Assembly (NCBI GenBank): GCA_051294905.1
Contig: CM119371.1
Span: 24,368,001-24,432,000, forward strand
DNA length: 64,000 bases
Direction: 5' to 3'
Source of the DNA: Botryllus schlosseri
Lineage: Eukaryota
Below are positions 1 through 14,852 of this stretch, piece by piece. The translations under genes were made by a program, and so were the position numbers. Under the pieces are notes generated by a model that was given only the letters and a program-made list of their open reading frames with translations, was not told the origin of the DNA and searched no databases. How positions within the stretch are numbered: position 1 is the stretch's first letter; each line of letters opens with the position of its first letter.

Positions 1-3000
1 GCTTCACGCGGCAACATTAAGACAGTTTACGTTTTGAATTCCAAGCAACCTTTCGCGGGCCGCTCAGAATAGCTTTGCTTAAACATGGAACTAGGGTAAT
101 GCACTGCTACAGACATAATATGGCATTATGCTGGCTGTAGTTATACTATGCAACTGTGAGCATTGATTTGTTTATGTAGCTTACCCATGTTTGTTTACAG
201 TTGTTATATAATTACCCATGTCCGGTAAATACAGAGAATGCTATCACCAAGAGTGGAAATTACCGAGAAAGACATGACCGAAGATGGACAATACGGAGAA
301 TGCTATTACCGATTAAGGCACGGCCTGGAACGATCATTACCGGGAAAATAATAAAATATTCAATTGCATTTAAAATGATTATATTCAGATCGTTTAAGAG
401 ACGCGATGCATGGTCATCGGTCAGTGATGTCAGGCGTTGTTTCCCCACGTCGTTATTGCGCAAATATGATGGGAGCCTAATTCATTTGCCTGAATATTGG
501 AGCAGGTCGATCAGTAACAAAATATAAGTATCAGTAACGCCAAGCATCTGTTATTCTTCCAAACGAACTGATTCATCCCAATATTATCACGATATAACAT
601 ATTGCGCCTTAGATATATTATTAACCGTGAAATCGGGCTCGGACTAGTATGATATCTAGACGAGATCGATGAGATTTCATCCTTCGTTGTTTTTGTATGT
701 ATCCTTCGTTTTAAGTGCGGTCCGTATTTAAAGGCGCAAAACCAGTTACGTACGACACTGGACAAATATTTTTTTATTATAACTGGGTTATGTATATCCG
801 CACGCATCAGTTAATACGAGAAAACACTGACATCATGTCTGGGGTGTGTTCGGATTGTGTTGTCACTCGGACATCGCGTCTGGGATATGTTGGAGCTGCG
901 ACTGACGGTATTGTGAATATAAAGACTGTCTTATTGCGAACATGAGACTGTTCTTATTTTGAACAAAACTATCTTTAATTTGTGAAAATAGTCGAACCAA
1001 CCCTGTCGGCAAAAACTACGATCAAAAATAAATAAAAATAACCTACAGTTACAGAAATAAGTCTTATTATAATCGCAATTATAGAACGGTATATTCCTAT
1101 AGAGTCGTGTTAGGACGTTTACATGCTTCATTCAAAGATAGTAGTTCGAAACATGGGGCTCATTTGCGTTTATTCTGGGCTTCGAGAAGATGTTGAACGA
1201 AATCAGCTTCCAAAATAGTGCGTGATTAAGTCTGGGAAAAGGTTCCGACCTTTTATTAGTAATCAGCTTATCAGATTTTGAGCAGGGCTACGGAATACTT
1301 TCAAATTGGAAATGAAGATGCGACCATAAAACGTTGGAAAACACTGGATGCGCGGTGTTTATATAGCTCAGTGGTGCGCACCGGCATTAGACTGGTAAAT
1401 AATTTAATCAGTGTGACATGCTCATGACTTAACGATGTACATTGTACAATTATGCTCCCTGTATTTTCGACGTCTTCCTTCTCCACCAGCTCTACCGGTA
1501 ACTCTGATCATGTGGGAGAAGAGAGGATCAAAATTATATAGTGACGTCATATTGATCGACAATGCGCTCATACCTCATTTTGAAATCCGTTAGTGGGCGC
1601 TAAAGAGCGTCAGGAATTTGGGCCACAAAATATGGTAACCCTAACTTAGTAGAACATTGTGGTTCCGGAATTGTTATTTACGGGATGTGATAAGGAGGAA
1701 AATCATTGAAGATGTGCTGGACTTCAATTCAATCAATTATAGGGTCCATTTCTCCAGTGCATAGTATGCCATGGTATGGAAGTATACTATGGTATGAAAC
1801 GTAATTTATGTGTGGGATATGGCATCGTATGGTTTGGTATGGAGATTTTCAAGCATCGCCTTCCATAGTCATATACTTTGACCGGTTTTCCACGACCATG
1901 ACAAAGATCTTTATTTCGAACTTTTCAAATCCATTACATGCCTCACAAAGTCGTTAATGGTCAGGTTTCAAGTATTATATCACATTATTATTGCAATTAT
2001 CCCTCCGCGACGTGATATTTTTGAATACAACAAAGTTGTGCAACGCGAATTCAAAGGAAAACAATAATAAAGATACCGCTGGAGTTTGCTTATGATGCTA
2101 TCGCGTATGATCCTCACATGGTGGCGAGATAGCGTAGAGAATCCACAGCTGCAACATCTATGGATTATGAGTTCGAGTCCGACCACAATCGACTCCATAA
2201 TTCCTGGTTAAGTGTTTGCGGTTTACCTAGGTTTCCTCCTTGCCATATCATCCGTGTAAGCGGTGTCTTATAAAAGCCTAGAAGTTGGCCGAGCTAACAG
2301 TCGGCAGCTATGCGAATAAAAACAAAACAAATTGGCCTGGTGTAAATGACCATAGCTTTCGACAGTTGGTTAAACGCTGCAGTCACATCACCAATGGCTG
2401 CTAGTTCGAGTCTCGGCTCTGCTATGTTTTTATGTGTCGGAGGTTTGGGGTCCTCGTCGCCCATCCCGCTGTATATACATCGCCTTGAAAAGCCCAGAGT
2501 TAGAGAGAGCCCAACTCATGAAATATATCAGTAAAATGACCAGAAAAAGGAAGCAAGACAAGCTTATATACTTTATGAAATTTACTGTGCGGCGCGTATT
2601 ACTCAAGTTGTTGAAAGCGCCAATTATGCGTCAATAAAATAAACCACGAACAGCAACAACAGTATGACCCTCTCATAGGCGGGTAATTTGACAATTCACT
2701 GAAACTATAGTATTGTGAAAGTTCTATAATTCTTTGAAATTGAAATAGTTGTTTGACTGTAGCTTTCTTCGCTTGTCGCGTCACTAGACAGCACTCATAG
2801 AAGGGTGGGGTATCAAATTGTGTTACGTTGAATTTCTTGACTGATGACCATGAAAGGCTACCTTTTCATCCACAGCGCCCAGTTGCATTGAGGGCAAATA
2901 CTGTATCGGACTGTAATGGAAACTACTATGAGTGTTATCATGGAAGGTATCGAATAAATGTGGTAAAACAATGTCAATCATCACAAGCATTAGAGTTAAA

Positions 3001-3881
3001 TATTACATTCATATCTGATTTACCTTATCGCAAATTAATGTTCATTTGATTTGTTGTGTTAGGTGAATAGTACGTGTTGGATTGTCCGGAAACTCTGAAA
3101 TGGATGGCAGTTACTTCGATTTCGAGGATCGAGTAGGCCTATCTGGTTTTCAAGCTGACATTTAGTCGAATGTCGTTGTGTCAGTTGAGTAATTATCAGG
3201 TCGGTCATTTCGGTAGATTTATAACTTGTAAATTTATCTGCAGTTTAAAACCCCACAAATCGATCACCCGGTGTACGCCCATCGCCATATCTAAGTTTTC
3301 ACAATATGCGAAATGCATCTCTATTCGATTATATATGTTCCAAGTATAAGCTTGTGCCAAGAGAACAAATGCGATACAAAATTTATCCCTATGTGTGGCA
3401 TTAAGTACTAACGAAATGCATATTCGTTCTAAACAAACATAAAATGGTGAAGGAGAACATTCTTCCTCACATTTCAATTCTTGTGGCTAATACATGTAAC
3501 AATATAATTTCTCAAGACCGAACTAAAATGTTACAAACAGACGAAGCAGTGACACAATTCGTGGAAGAAATGATTGTAATCAAATAAGCATACGGACTGT
3601 TATAATATAAAAGGGGAATCAACTATAATATGCATGCTCTTTAGATATTGCCAGAGTAAACGTATTAAGAAGAGAGCATCTCAAGCTACGCGATATCGAT
3701 ATTACCGGGCAAAAGCACTTGATTTTTGCGTGCTGATTCCAACATGCATGGTATGAAGCTATTTAATCAGATGTTTTCGAACCAGCTTTCTTGAATGTTG
3801 GAATACATACAGGTATTTTGTGTCCGTTATAGGTATTTCAATAATTGAAATACTACTACTACTACTTACTACAATATAGAA

Positions 3882-4150
3882 CAGTGGTTCTCAACCTTTT
3901 TTTAGACACACTCTTCTTAGTGAAAAATGTCCCCCCCCCCCATCCTTATCGTCACATCACAAAATCCAACCAGGGTGCTAGCAACCCCAACAGATTGTTT
4001 GATGGCATGGAAGGTTATAACTGTTGATGGGAGAATTGAAAAACATGAAATTCGATCTATATGGAGAGAAACACGCGTGGATTGGACGTGAATCGCGAAA
4101 ACAAATTTCAGTTAACCGCTTCTTCGCGCCCTCCAGGTTGAGAACCACTG
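3882..4150. mobile_element. hAT (Charlie-like) MITE; same family at 10344-10653 and ~17467-17774
   Basis: TIR CAGTGGTTCTCAACC; shared internal CTTATCGTCA(C/T)ATCAC; the 10344 copy has TSD GTTTAGCC. Confidence 0.8.
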
Positions 4151-4532
4151 ATCTAAAAGGTATTGCAATATACTCCATCTTCTTCCTACTTCAATATTTC
4201 TTACTACTCTGAAATGGATATTGGATAACTGAACAATTTTCCTCTCATTTTGGCAATCAGACACTCCATGTAGAACAAACTTCATGAGGTTATTGAATAA
4301 CCGACCAAGTCGAATTTTTTGCCTTAACACTCACACAGAAGAATATGTGAAAGCTTTGATCATTGTACAGCAATCATGTATCCTTTACGCGAGGCGCCTG
4401 TCCACGAGTATTTACAGGCATTTATCCGAGTAATATAATTCTTGAGACGTCCAGGTATTGTAACTCGAAGATTCGGTTTTATTACGTGAATGGAGACCAT
4501 AAATGAAATCCGACATATATCAAAATGATAAT

Positions 4533-7500
4533 AGACGCTTACGTGACCTTTGACACGAACCAATCAGGTTGCAGCAGGATGTAAACAAAGAACAAGCCCG
4601 GGCAAGCTTACTATGAGCTCTTATGGAAAAAGGTTGAAAAATGAAGGTTTTAAGCAAGATTACGTTGAATTGGAGATGACTGGCCTTAATGAATAGTAAT
4701 AGCGTAGAGCTAGTATGTGGTTGCAGCTTTTAATCTAGGATGAACATGAATGGTGGCAGGTACGCACCAGCGTGCTGTGTCCAAATGCACGGGTTTTTGA
4801 CAACTTTTCTGATTAAGCGACGATTGTTGTATACTATACTATAGGATTGTGGTAATGCATATTTTGACGATTTCATAGGCTCCAGGTCTCGAGCAAAATT
4901 TTCAAGCATATCTCATGTTCAGAAATATATATACTATAAAATATAGCTGCTGCCACACATCACAATTTTTGTGTATTGATTATGAAACTTGAAAGCTATG
5001 GAGATTCTATCGAATTTATGGATTTGAGTGGAACAGCATCTTCTTCTAACACCGCGGAGAAAGCTACGAAGTATTTCATGGAGCGCTATGCACACGATTT
5101 AGGGATAAAGATTGAGGAGACAATCCACTCTTTTTAGAAGCAATATTCTAGTGAACAGCCAATGTTATCGCAACTTGCGGAAAAGTGAGATAACACACTC
5201 AATGGAAATACACGTTCTCGGAAAATCCATTATTGATCGGTCTTGCACTTGTAAGACAGGGTAAGTAAGGAAAAAGACATTTTTTCAGAGACTCCTTCAA
5301 TAGATATTTTAACCATGATTTATTTTCATATTAGGTTCCGATATATGCTCTCATGCATATGCATTGATTAAGACAATCCAGCACCTGAAGCTAAAAGGAC
5401 TACATTGTGATTTGCATCAGCATCAGTGAGCTCCATCGTGATTGACAAGCAATCTCTCCACCGTACTCGCAACCGATCAACTCCTGCCTCAAGGTAGATT
5501 TTGGTGTATCTGGTGTCTTCAGTTTTATAACATTCCATCAAACACAAATAATCCTAGAACATTTTCATCTGGAGAATTGTTCATTCAACAAATTGGGCAT
5601 CTAAATGAGCTTCAATAATGCACACCACTGGAATATCTAGACATGCACTGTTGGTACAGACTGACCATGGCACCGCGCAATTACGATCCGTAGCATGCTA
5701 TTAGGCATTACGATATTGACAATGGAACTGAATTTGCACAATTGCCGAATATGTTGCGTCATTCATTTTTAATTTTCAATCTTGAATTAGAGTATGCAAT
5801 TAGTCCATATATATTTGGTTAGTTGTGATACACAATGCTGCATAGTATGACACCAGACAAAATTTTATACTCCTTGATTCTTCCGATCAGCTGTTCAATA
5901 TGAATACGTTCTCTCGCCATCTTTCTTGTTGTGGAACAGTCTGGCTCAGGCATTTGACGGTGTGTAAATCACGTGCAGGAATATTTAAATCTAGATTCAA
6001 TTTCTTGATATCAGACTCAATGGTGAATCCCTTTTCTGCCATGATAGCATTGCCTGGCTCACCATAGCTGAACTCCATCATTTTCTTACATTTCTTGTCG
6101 AATCCACATATTTAACTAATATTTCGATCTGAAATGCTCCCTGTGAATAGTTCCTGCATAAAAGTAAGTGTACCACAATCCATCAATCCTTTCAAAGTTG
6201 TATGGGATTTATTGACAGTCAATAATCATTCTAGATTTGAGAAATCATGAATGAATGCAAATGGTGCATTTTTAAGAACCACATATCTACATGGCCAAAT
6301 CGCGATTTAATGAAGCAGTTACATATGGCTGACCCAATGGTTAAATACTATGCTTACAGCAATACTATAAATTTGACGTCAGTAGGATAAGTCGTGCAAT
6401 TCAGAAAGAATTTAATGTAGTCTAGCATAAAATTTCAGCTTCTCCGCATCTTTTGACATTATGATGCTCCTCTGAACTGAACTGAACTGAACTGAACTTC
6501 ACCAGCAATAATTGTCCGTCAATTTGTAATTTTCCTGGACAAGTTTACTGTTTTGTGCTTCTATACTTCTTCCAGAAATTTGATTTTCTTGCGTTTTATC
6601 CATCGACTTCCTCTTTCTGCAGCTTCATAAAAGATATCCATCAAGCCTGCACAAAATATATAATATGCTTATTTTACAGAGCAATACTGCTGTGCAGGCA
6701 CCTATCAAGGCGTACTCGTCCGACTCATACAACGTATCACCGCTACCAATTTCAACTATTCGTCTCATTATTGAATATATTGTTTTCAACAATTTCAATA
6801 CATTACACACCATCAAGCAACAAAACTGGAGTGGAATAAAACGAGACACACACCAAGTCGATTGTGGCATCAAGTGTGACTGCATTTCAGATTGGACTCA
6901 TTTTGAAACACAGAATTGTTTCATCTAGATCAGTGGTTCCCAACCTTTTTCGACCTATCGCCCCCTTTTCAAGGTCAATACCGATCATCGCCCCCCAAAT
7001 TTTGTGTACCGAAAATTGGGCATACAAACCTGTAATCACCGGCGGGTTGACTAAAAAAAAGGGTCAAATTTTCGGCTCGATGTCTAATTTGACACACTTT
7101 TGTAACTAAATTTCCATGGGTTGACTAAAAAAAAATGTCAGCCGTTTTGACGCGTCATCGCCCCCTTCGCTATTTTCGCCCCCCGTCGCCCCCTTTGTCC
7201 ATTTTCGCCCCCCTGTCGCCCCCTTCGTCATTTTCGCCCCCCTAGACCGCCAAATCGCCCACGTTGGGAACCACTGATCTAGATTCTAGATTATGTCACG
7301 ATTCAATATTTTTGGTACAGTAATAGATACGTCATTTTCTTAATAAAATGAGAATTCAGATGACTACAAGGAAGTCCACATGCCTTTATCCAGATTTTAC
7401 ATTCTTCTATGCATGTCATTGGCTCTGGGAAAGGTAAAAGCGCACACCAGGAACGGTCTGGGTAGCCATCTCCATGTTACACAGGCTATTAGCACAGTGT

Positions 7501-8105
7501 TTATCCGGCATTTATCCTGATAGATTCAATACACGAGCTAGAACAAAAAATGACGATTTCAGCTGGGAACGGATCATGTTGCCTAACATATATCATATTA
7601 ATATGATCATTGAATATGCAGACAAGTGTCCAGTGTAACAGTAATTTGCTAGATAATGATACGACTGTAGACTATATACAAATGTCGATTCCATAAATAG
7701 AACGCATATAACGCCACATAATGGATACCACACATATCCTGACTCACTATTCCTCTAATACATTCTATTCGGTACGACAATCCTATAGTATACGACTAAG
7801 GATAATACAGCAATAGTTGCTTCATCCGAAAAGTTGTCAGAAATTCATTCATTTGGACATACCATGCTGATGCGTGCTTGCCATCATTCATGCTTATTGT
7901 AGGTTATAACACTGCGTATACATACTAGCTCTATGTTATTACCATTCAACAAAGCCAGCTATTCCCAATTCAATGTAATTTTGCTAAAAACCTATATTTT
8001 TCAACCCTTTTTCATAAGAGCTCATAGTAAGCTTGCCCGGGCTTGTTCTTTGTTTACATCCTACTGCAACCTGATTGGTTCGTGTCAAAGGTCACGTAAG
8101 TGTCT
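4533..8105 (-). mobile_element. ISL2EU (PIF/Harbinger-related) DNA transposon, decayed
   Basis: ~330-bp TIRs beginning AGAC(G/A)CTTACGTGACCTTTGACACG, flanked by AT. Minus-strand DDE remnants KSHTTLKGL, LFTGSISD, GNAIMAEKGFTI...LNIP (5890-6210) and THAP-like remnant (~7340-7450). Plus-strand SWIM-like SCTCKTG/CSHAYAL (5240-5370). Confidence 0.8.
6931..7276. mobile_element. hAT (Charlie-like) MITE nested in ISL2EU
   Basis: TIR CAGTGGTTCCCAAC; perfect TSD ATCTAGAT; TCGCCCCC subterminal repeats. Confidence 0.9.
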
Positions 8106-8714
8106 ATTGGCTCGGCTGTGCCTACCAACTAAACAATTGTTCTTCTCGTCTGCTTCTTTGATAGTATATCCCACTCGTCTGCACTGTTTGGTTTAACGAG
8201 ATCTTTCGCATATTCCTCTATTCCTCTATTCCTCTATTATTACTCAATTCATCATACATATCGGTTACCCGCCATCATTAAACGATTCGTCTGTACACAA
8301 TGTAACGCGATGCGATCTCCCGCTGATATGATTACGAAATTAGGTCATTGATTGCCGTGCGCTCGGCAATCGTCGCCAGCCTGATTTATGGCGTCTCCAA
8401 CAAGCCTAGTTCCTTTGGCTCCTCGATCAATCTCGTCTGAATCAGGTCAAGTACACACTATCCATTGCTGGCCTACACAATCTTATCTGCTTTGCCTGGT
8501 GCGCACAATATGATCCTTGGCCTACACAATCGCATCTGTAATAGGCCTTGTACGAAAGAAATGGTCACTGGCCTAACTATCGCGTCTCTTTCTTAGCATG
8601 CTTTGGCTCCTATCTCGCGTAGGCTTGGAGACAATGCCGTCACGTGTATGCTGATTAGCGATTGTGAGTAAAGAGTGACATTGCGAAACTGATTGACATC
8701 GAATTTCCGCATAC

Positions 8715-8859
8715 TAGTGCAGAGCGGATCGACAAATTCTCATGGTCCGACTCCGAGTCTGTTTCTAAATTCTCAGCTCCGGCTCTGATCCGGCTGCAGC
8801 CAAAATTAAAAAAAGTCCGGCTGGATGTCGAATCCGGCTCTGGTCCATGCTCCGCGCTA
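8715..8859. mobile_element. Small hAT-type MITE
   Basis: TIR TAG(T/C)GC(A/G)GAGC; TSD CCGCATAC/CCGCATAT; TCCGGCT repeats. Confidence 0.65.
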
Positions 8860-9450
8860 CCGCATATATGTGTGTGCGGATATGCGTATTGCGTGATTGG
8901 TTTCCGCTAATACTTGAACATAACCATCAGAAGATGTGTGTCAAGGCTTGAGTTATAAAAGATGAAAAAAGTCTGAAATTGAACCACCTGAAATCTGTGC
9001 CATTATAGAACAGATTCCATAAAAACTCGGATATTTGGACTTGCACAAATCGACGCCGATTCCACGTAACACACGTTGATAAGCGCACGTATTTAATTGT
9101 TCACGAGGGATCAGGGACTTGCTAATTGACAACTCGTTGGTAAGCCTAGCATGCGCGTAAGTTCGATAACACATTTATACCTGTACTTATCCATAATGAA
9201 TTGATTCTATATTTGCATATTCAAAAAAAAAATCGAAAGCCCCCCTTTTATTTCAAACACCCCCGTCCGTATTTTTCGGCTGGATACTCACCTTGTTCAC
9301 TGCGTTACATATGGTGCACTACACACAGCTATAATCCCTTACCTTAGAGATCATATTAGATGTGACGGACATGCTGCTTAGCGCTTATGTTTCTTCGTGG
9401 GATATCGAAAGATATCAAGCGTATGGACGTCTTTGACGGCTATTGTGCAT

Positions 9451-11022
9451 CAGATGGATCAATTACAATAATTCAGTTCAATTACAATTACTCCCTTGCA
9501 TATTTCAATTACATTACAATTACAATTACTCAATGCTAAGAATATCGAATTACAATTTTAATTACAATTACTGTTATATATGTTATTTAGTACAACTATA
9601 ATTACAAGTTTAATTACTTTCAAACATATAATTGATTCGGCAGAGAGGTGTTCTTTGACAACCGTAGCGACGTAATTGCCAACAATCTGAAGATATTCAG
9701 TATTCATGTTTCATTCATGATACGTAGAATAACCATTAATTGAAAAAAATGAACGTATTCGAATTATTCCGAATCATGAGTATTAAAACTACAAACACAA
9801 AAAAATGTTTCAAGCGACTCCTAACAACTGAAAGTTTGAGCGACTAACAGCGAATAGTCTACAGGACATTCAATGAAATGTAATCAAACGACTATAGGCT
9901 ACTCAAAGCTGAGAGATGATAATGAAATGTAATTGGTAGGGCGTGAGCGATAAGCATGATACCGATAAGATATGTAAAATGCCAAAGAAAAGAAGCTCCT
10001 AACTACGAATTACAATATTTTGGTTCGAATTTACATTCTCACATGCTCGGAAACTGTTAGATTGCATTTGATGATTGGGTGCAATAATTTCTGGCCCCAG
10101 TAAATTTGGCCAAGATCAGAGGTAACATTCGGATTGCATCTCAACAAATGCGTGATCAAGTTTGATGAAGACTTGATTAGAAACTTGAATTTACTTTTGC
10201 AATTATTGCAGCAAGCCTGGGTACTGGCCAGAGACTAAAAAATAAAACTGTGACCGTGGTTTATAGGAAATGGTTCAGCAGGGGTTTCAGAATAGTTTAT
10301 TTGTAATTTATTCATTTTTTATAGAGTAGGATTTAGTTTAGCCTACTGGTTCTCTAACTTTTTTAGACACGCCCCACTTTATGACAGTGAAATATTTCGC
10401 GCCCGTCTTATCGTCATATCACACAATGAAACCAGAATGTTAGCAATCCTTACAGATAGTTTGATAGGTTATGACTGTTGATGAGAGAATTCTCCAATAT
10501 GAAATTCGGACTATACCCAGGGCAGTAATTATGAAATGGAGGTGAATCGCGTCAAGCGCGGAAAAAAAATTCAGTTTACTGGAGCTTCGCGTCCCCTATC
10601 AAATTCTTCCACGCAACCAAAGGTAGGCACGCCCCCCAATTTGAGAACCACTGGTTTAGCCTATGTTGTTATTCACAAAGTTTTCTGTTGCTACTGAAGT
10701 ATGAGAAACAGTTTGGCATGGCTGAATTATCTAGTGATAACGCGGCACGCATAGAACACCGATGTAAATAGGCTAATTTGTACAGGTGGCGACCATGCAC
10801 TAAGGCCTTAGAAGGCCTTAAACCCCCTCGTCGTCATGCTTGTACGATTAAATGATTGATCGATTGATTATTTTATATTGTGTTTGTCAGGTTTCCATAA
10901 AAATGTAATTGAAATTGTAAGTGAGCAAAATCTTTGTCAAATTATAATTACAATTACAATTACACGAAAAAACGTAATTATTACATTCAGCTCAAACACA
11001 GATTACAATTGATCCAACTCTG
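9451..11022. mobile_element. MITE with AATTAC subterminal repeats
   Basis: Ends CAGATGGATCAATT / AATTGATCCAACTCTG; AATTAC arrays at both ends. Confidence 0.65.
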
Positions 11023-11561
11023 CTGTACAGTACAGTACAATACAATCGTAAGTCACGAAGTACAGATTGAATGGATCTGTATATACTAATCCACCATCAC
11101 AGCAGCCATATTATGTTCTGATACCGATAGTGTAATCGTATCCATTTGCGTGTGTGACTCGAGAGTGTTTAGTTGCAAATTCCTCTCTCAATCCCCGATA
11201 GCGACGAAATGAACAATAGATGGCTGCCGCATCAAAGCCTGAGTCCAATTGTTATTGTATTTACACGCTTGTCATCATTCCTTCAATAGGAGGCGTGTAA
11301 AATGTTGTCATATTCGTATTCTGCGAAAGGTATATTAACTGGCGCAGGGCATATGTGCTATGGATATGAATATGGTAGATCTAGCATCTAGGTATATACC
11401 TACACCGCATATAGTAGAGATACGAACGGATAATAGTACTCAGTTACGTAAATCTCCAGGTTATTATTTTTGTGAAGCACCTTCACTGTGTTAGATGAAC
11501 CCCGCTTGTCAATTGGCATTGAGTCATGCTAGTTCTTAGGTGCCGAGTATACACGTTACTA

Positions 11562-13212
11562 TAGGGATGGTGTGAACGCGCGGTTCACGTTCCCGTTCTG
11601 TTTGTGAACATCTGAAATTTGGAGGTTCAAGTTCACAAACGAATCTTCGTAGGTTCTGCGCTGTGAACATATTTCATGTATTACGCTTTTTCGCGTCAAT
11701 TTCAACGTCCTCCTATGCATTTCAACTTTTGACCATTCTTCGCATGACACTGGCGAGATGATAAGAAGTTCAGCATTACACGAGCGTGTACCTTGTCTGT
11801 TTTAAAAAAAATATGATCGAAAGTTGGCTCGGAAAATTCAACTTTCCGTTTCTAAATCCATAGCAGGGTCTACCAACACGTGGCCCGCGACATAGTTCCT
11901 GAAATTAACCGTGGTATCATATAATAGATTAATTTATTGTAAATTTACAAGGCCAACCAAAAATCTGACTAGCTTGACCGCGAAATTTTGGTTGTTGGTG
12001 ACGACTCAATTACTATCAGTTCCGACGCATAGACGTAGCCAGTTCATAGCCACATTTTTCTCCGATCTTCGTTTATGACCATAAAGTATAATATTTTGCG
12101 GTAAATTCATTTGATTTGACATTTTTCTTGTCAATTAGCGTGATTTTTTGTCACTCAATTTCTTTCGTTCAGTACACCCACCTAAAATTTACCGAATTGA
12201 GTCTGACAATATTCGCAATTATGAGTAAACGGGTCATCCAACATCAGACTTCGTGTGTTCACTTCCAGAAAGATGGTCGACGTCTCGGCAATGAAACCTT
12301 AGCACAAAATGAAACACATATCTACGCTAAAATCTTCAATATCCATGTGTCCAACCGCCGAATAATCCTTTCCTCGCCAAATAAGCCCAGCGCTGTACAA
12401 AGGCGACCCGCAATATATTATGAAAGTGCCATTAGTATCGGCTGAGCTCATTCATTAATATTGAAAAAATTTCGCCCTTTGCGCGGTTAGGTCAATGGTG
12501 CACAATGCAATCTGACTTTTCATGACTTAATTGTTATCGATTTTGATGCGTAGTTTGTTGTGTAGTCTCGTTTTCTACTATCGGACAATTAAAGGAAGGT
12601 CATCAACATACAATATTCAAGTGGCCCGCGCATTGATTCACAAATATCATGTGGCCCTTTGGCCAAAAAGGTTGGACACCCATGAACTATATTAACTATC
12701 TCCTGCGAGCTTCGGCTGCAATGACACAATAGCAGGAACAAAACACACCACAGGTAGGAAGTCGGCGAGTTGGGCTTAGTCAACCAATTATTTATTTACA
12801 TTTACATATACGAAATTGACATAAAGAATGCATCGATGTCTAATGTAAAAATCTATCAGGCGTACGACATCTATCTTATATTTGACAACCTTACTGAATC
12901 AAAAATCGAATCAGTTAGCCAGGGGTGTTGGCTACTGTTAAACTTGTTTTGGAGATAATATCTGGTGCGAGTATAGAGACCGTTGTTCAACTCTTTAAAA
13001 TGCATTTCTCCGATGTAGCCGAGGCCTCGTCGAAATTGTTGGCAAAGCGACGGAAGATATAATATATCAGTTTACGGAAATGCAGAGTTAGAATCAGCTA
13101 TATGAAGGCACGTAACGTCATAGGTTCACGTTCGTGTTCACACAGAACCTTTCAGAAAGGTTCGCGTTCGGGTGAACCAGAACCTCTACCTCAAGGGTTC
13201 GACCCATCCCTA
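11562..13212. mobile_element. hAT-type MITE; related copies at ~42586-43568 (reverse) and ~57323-58120; nested MITE ~11863-12684
   Basis: TIR TAGGGATGG; GTTCAC/GAACC subterminal repeats; internal similarity among the three copies. Confidence 0.7.
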
Positions 13213-14566
13213 CCAAAAGGGTGGTCGTAGGTCATCCAAGTTGCTACACCTGTTGCTAACAAGCCTGGTGCTTATACTGTTTTCGTGGGATTTGCCGAGT
13301 GTTACTAAATATCATATTTGACTACAACTATCTTGTATAGGCAATGATCTTGAAGTGGCCTCAAAATAATTACGTAAAGGTGGATAATACGTAACTGTTA
13401 GGTACACCTGTTATTCACGTAGAAATAAAACCATCCGTTTCCCATCACCTGGAATAGAGGCAGAAAATCAGTGCTATGAGAAGAAAGGTAGCGAAGAAAA
13501 GAGGTTAAAAGAAGTATTGCTGTGATCGGTAAATCGCACTCTATATGTGAAGAAACTTGAATAAGATTTGCAGGTGTGTAGATAGGCAGCCGTCAATATG
13601 GCCTATTGATGTATATCTAATTTATGGATAGAACTATAGTCGTTTACAATCAGTTTACTATAGTAATCTGGGGAGTCAACTATAGCTGATGGTAACGCAC
13701 GATATGGCGTACACGCAGTTGAGTTGAGAATTGGTAATGATAGTAAGCTACATCACTTTCATAGCTCACAGTAACTTTGCGTTCATCATTTGAGAATAGG
13801 AAATCGGAACTGCAGCCCGTATAATCACGTCACTTCGAATTGGTCGATTTTCACGGTTGTCTCACAGTTTTCGAATGTTTTATTTTCATTTTGTTGGTGG
13901 TGAAAGTTAGCGAACCAAGGGAGGATAAATGACCTAAGTATGGAGTTTTTTTTGTCCTATCAATTTGACGCAATATGTGTTATGTAATAAAGGAGCCGGG
14001 ATCGGTACAACAACTCAAGTCATTCTGAAGACTGACCTGTATAGTCCGACTTGTAGGCGGCTGCGGAATATCATATTTTGCGAGGGAATGTTTCACACCG
14101 CTTGCGAAGCATGTTGATGCAATCAATATGAATATCCATGTAAATGTACGACGTCAATATTTTCGAGAAATATACGGACAGTTTTTATCCAGAAGCTAGA
14201 ATCAGCATGAACTTATAATCCGGCGCAGTTTGTTTGTTTTGTGGCATTGATGGTGTTTGTCGACTACTATGGTAATTTACAACAGGCCAATGTGCGTCAT
14301 TTTAATTCCGTAGCTGCCGACTCGTAGCACGGCCCAGGTCGGCCCACTTCTAAGCTTTTATAAGACACCGCTTACGCGGATGAGATGGCAAGTAGGACCT
14401 AGATACCCGGCTCAGCTACTCAAAAGACGATAATATCTGATATGTGTTCCACAGCTGAGAACAATGTATGATGTTACATTGGCCTCTCAGCAGATGTAAA
14501 GCTAAATATTTTGGTTAGTTTTAGCTTTATCACGAGACCTTTGGAGAAAAGAGATATTGCACTGCA

Positions 14567-14852
14567 ATGTCATCGGGAGGGAGCGCCGATAATTTTGCCG
14601 ATGTGTGCTACGAGGAAATAGCGAAAATCAAGAATGCAGATTGGCTTGAGTTTGCACGCCGGAAATTGGATGTCCCGAACATTGAAATCGACGATATAAC
14701 GACTAACTATAGGCATGACGTACGAGAACAAAAGTTTCAGATGCTGCAATTTTGGAAGTCGCATCTGAAGAATAAAGATTGCAAACCATCTGGTGCGCTT
14801 CGCAAGCTGGTATCGGATTTTCAAGTGTCAACATCCCAATTTGAATGTGCAG
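14567..14852 (+). CDS. NLR exon 1: N-terminal Death domain
   Basis: DWLEFARRKLDVPNIEIDDI...VREQKFQMLQFWK fits the Death-domain pattern W..LAR.L.....ID.I.....EQ..QML..W; donor GCAG|GTTTGT at 14853, phase 1. Confidence 0.85.
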
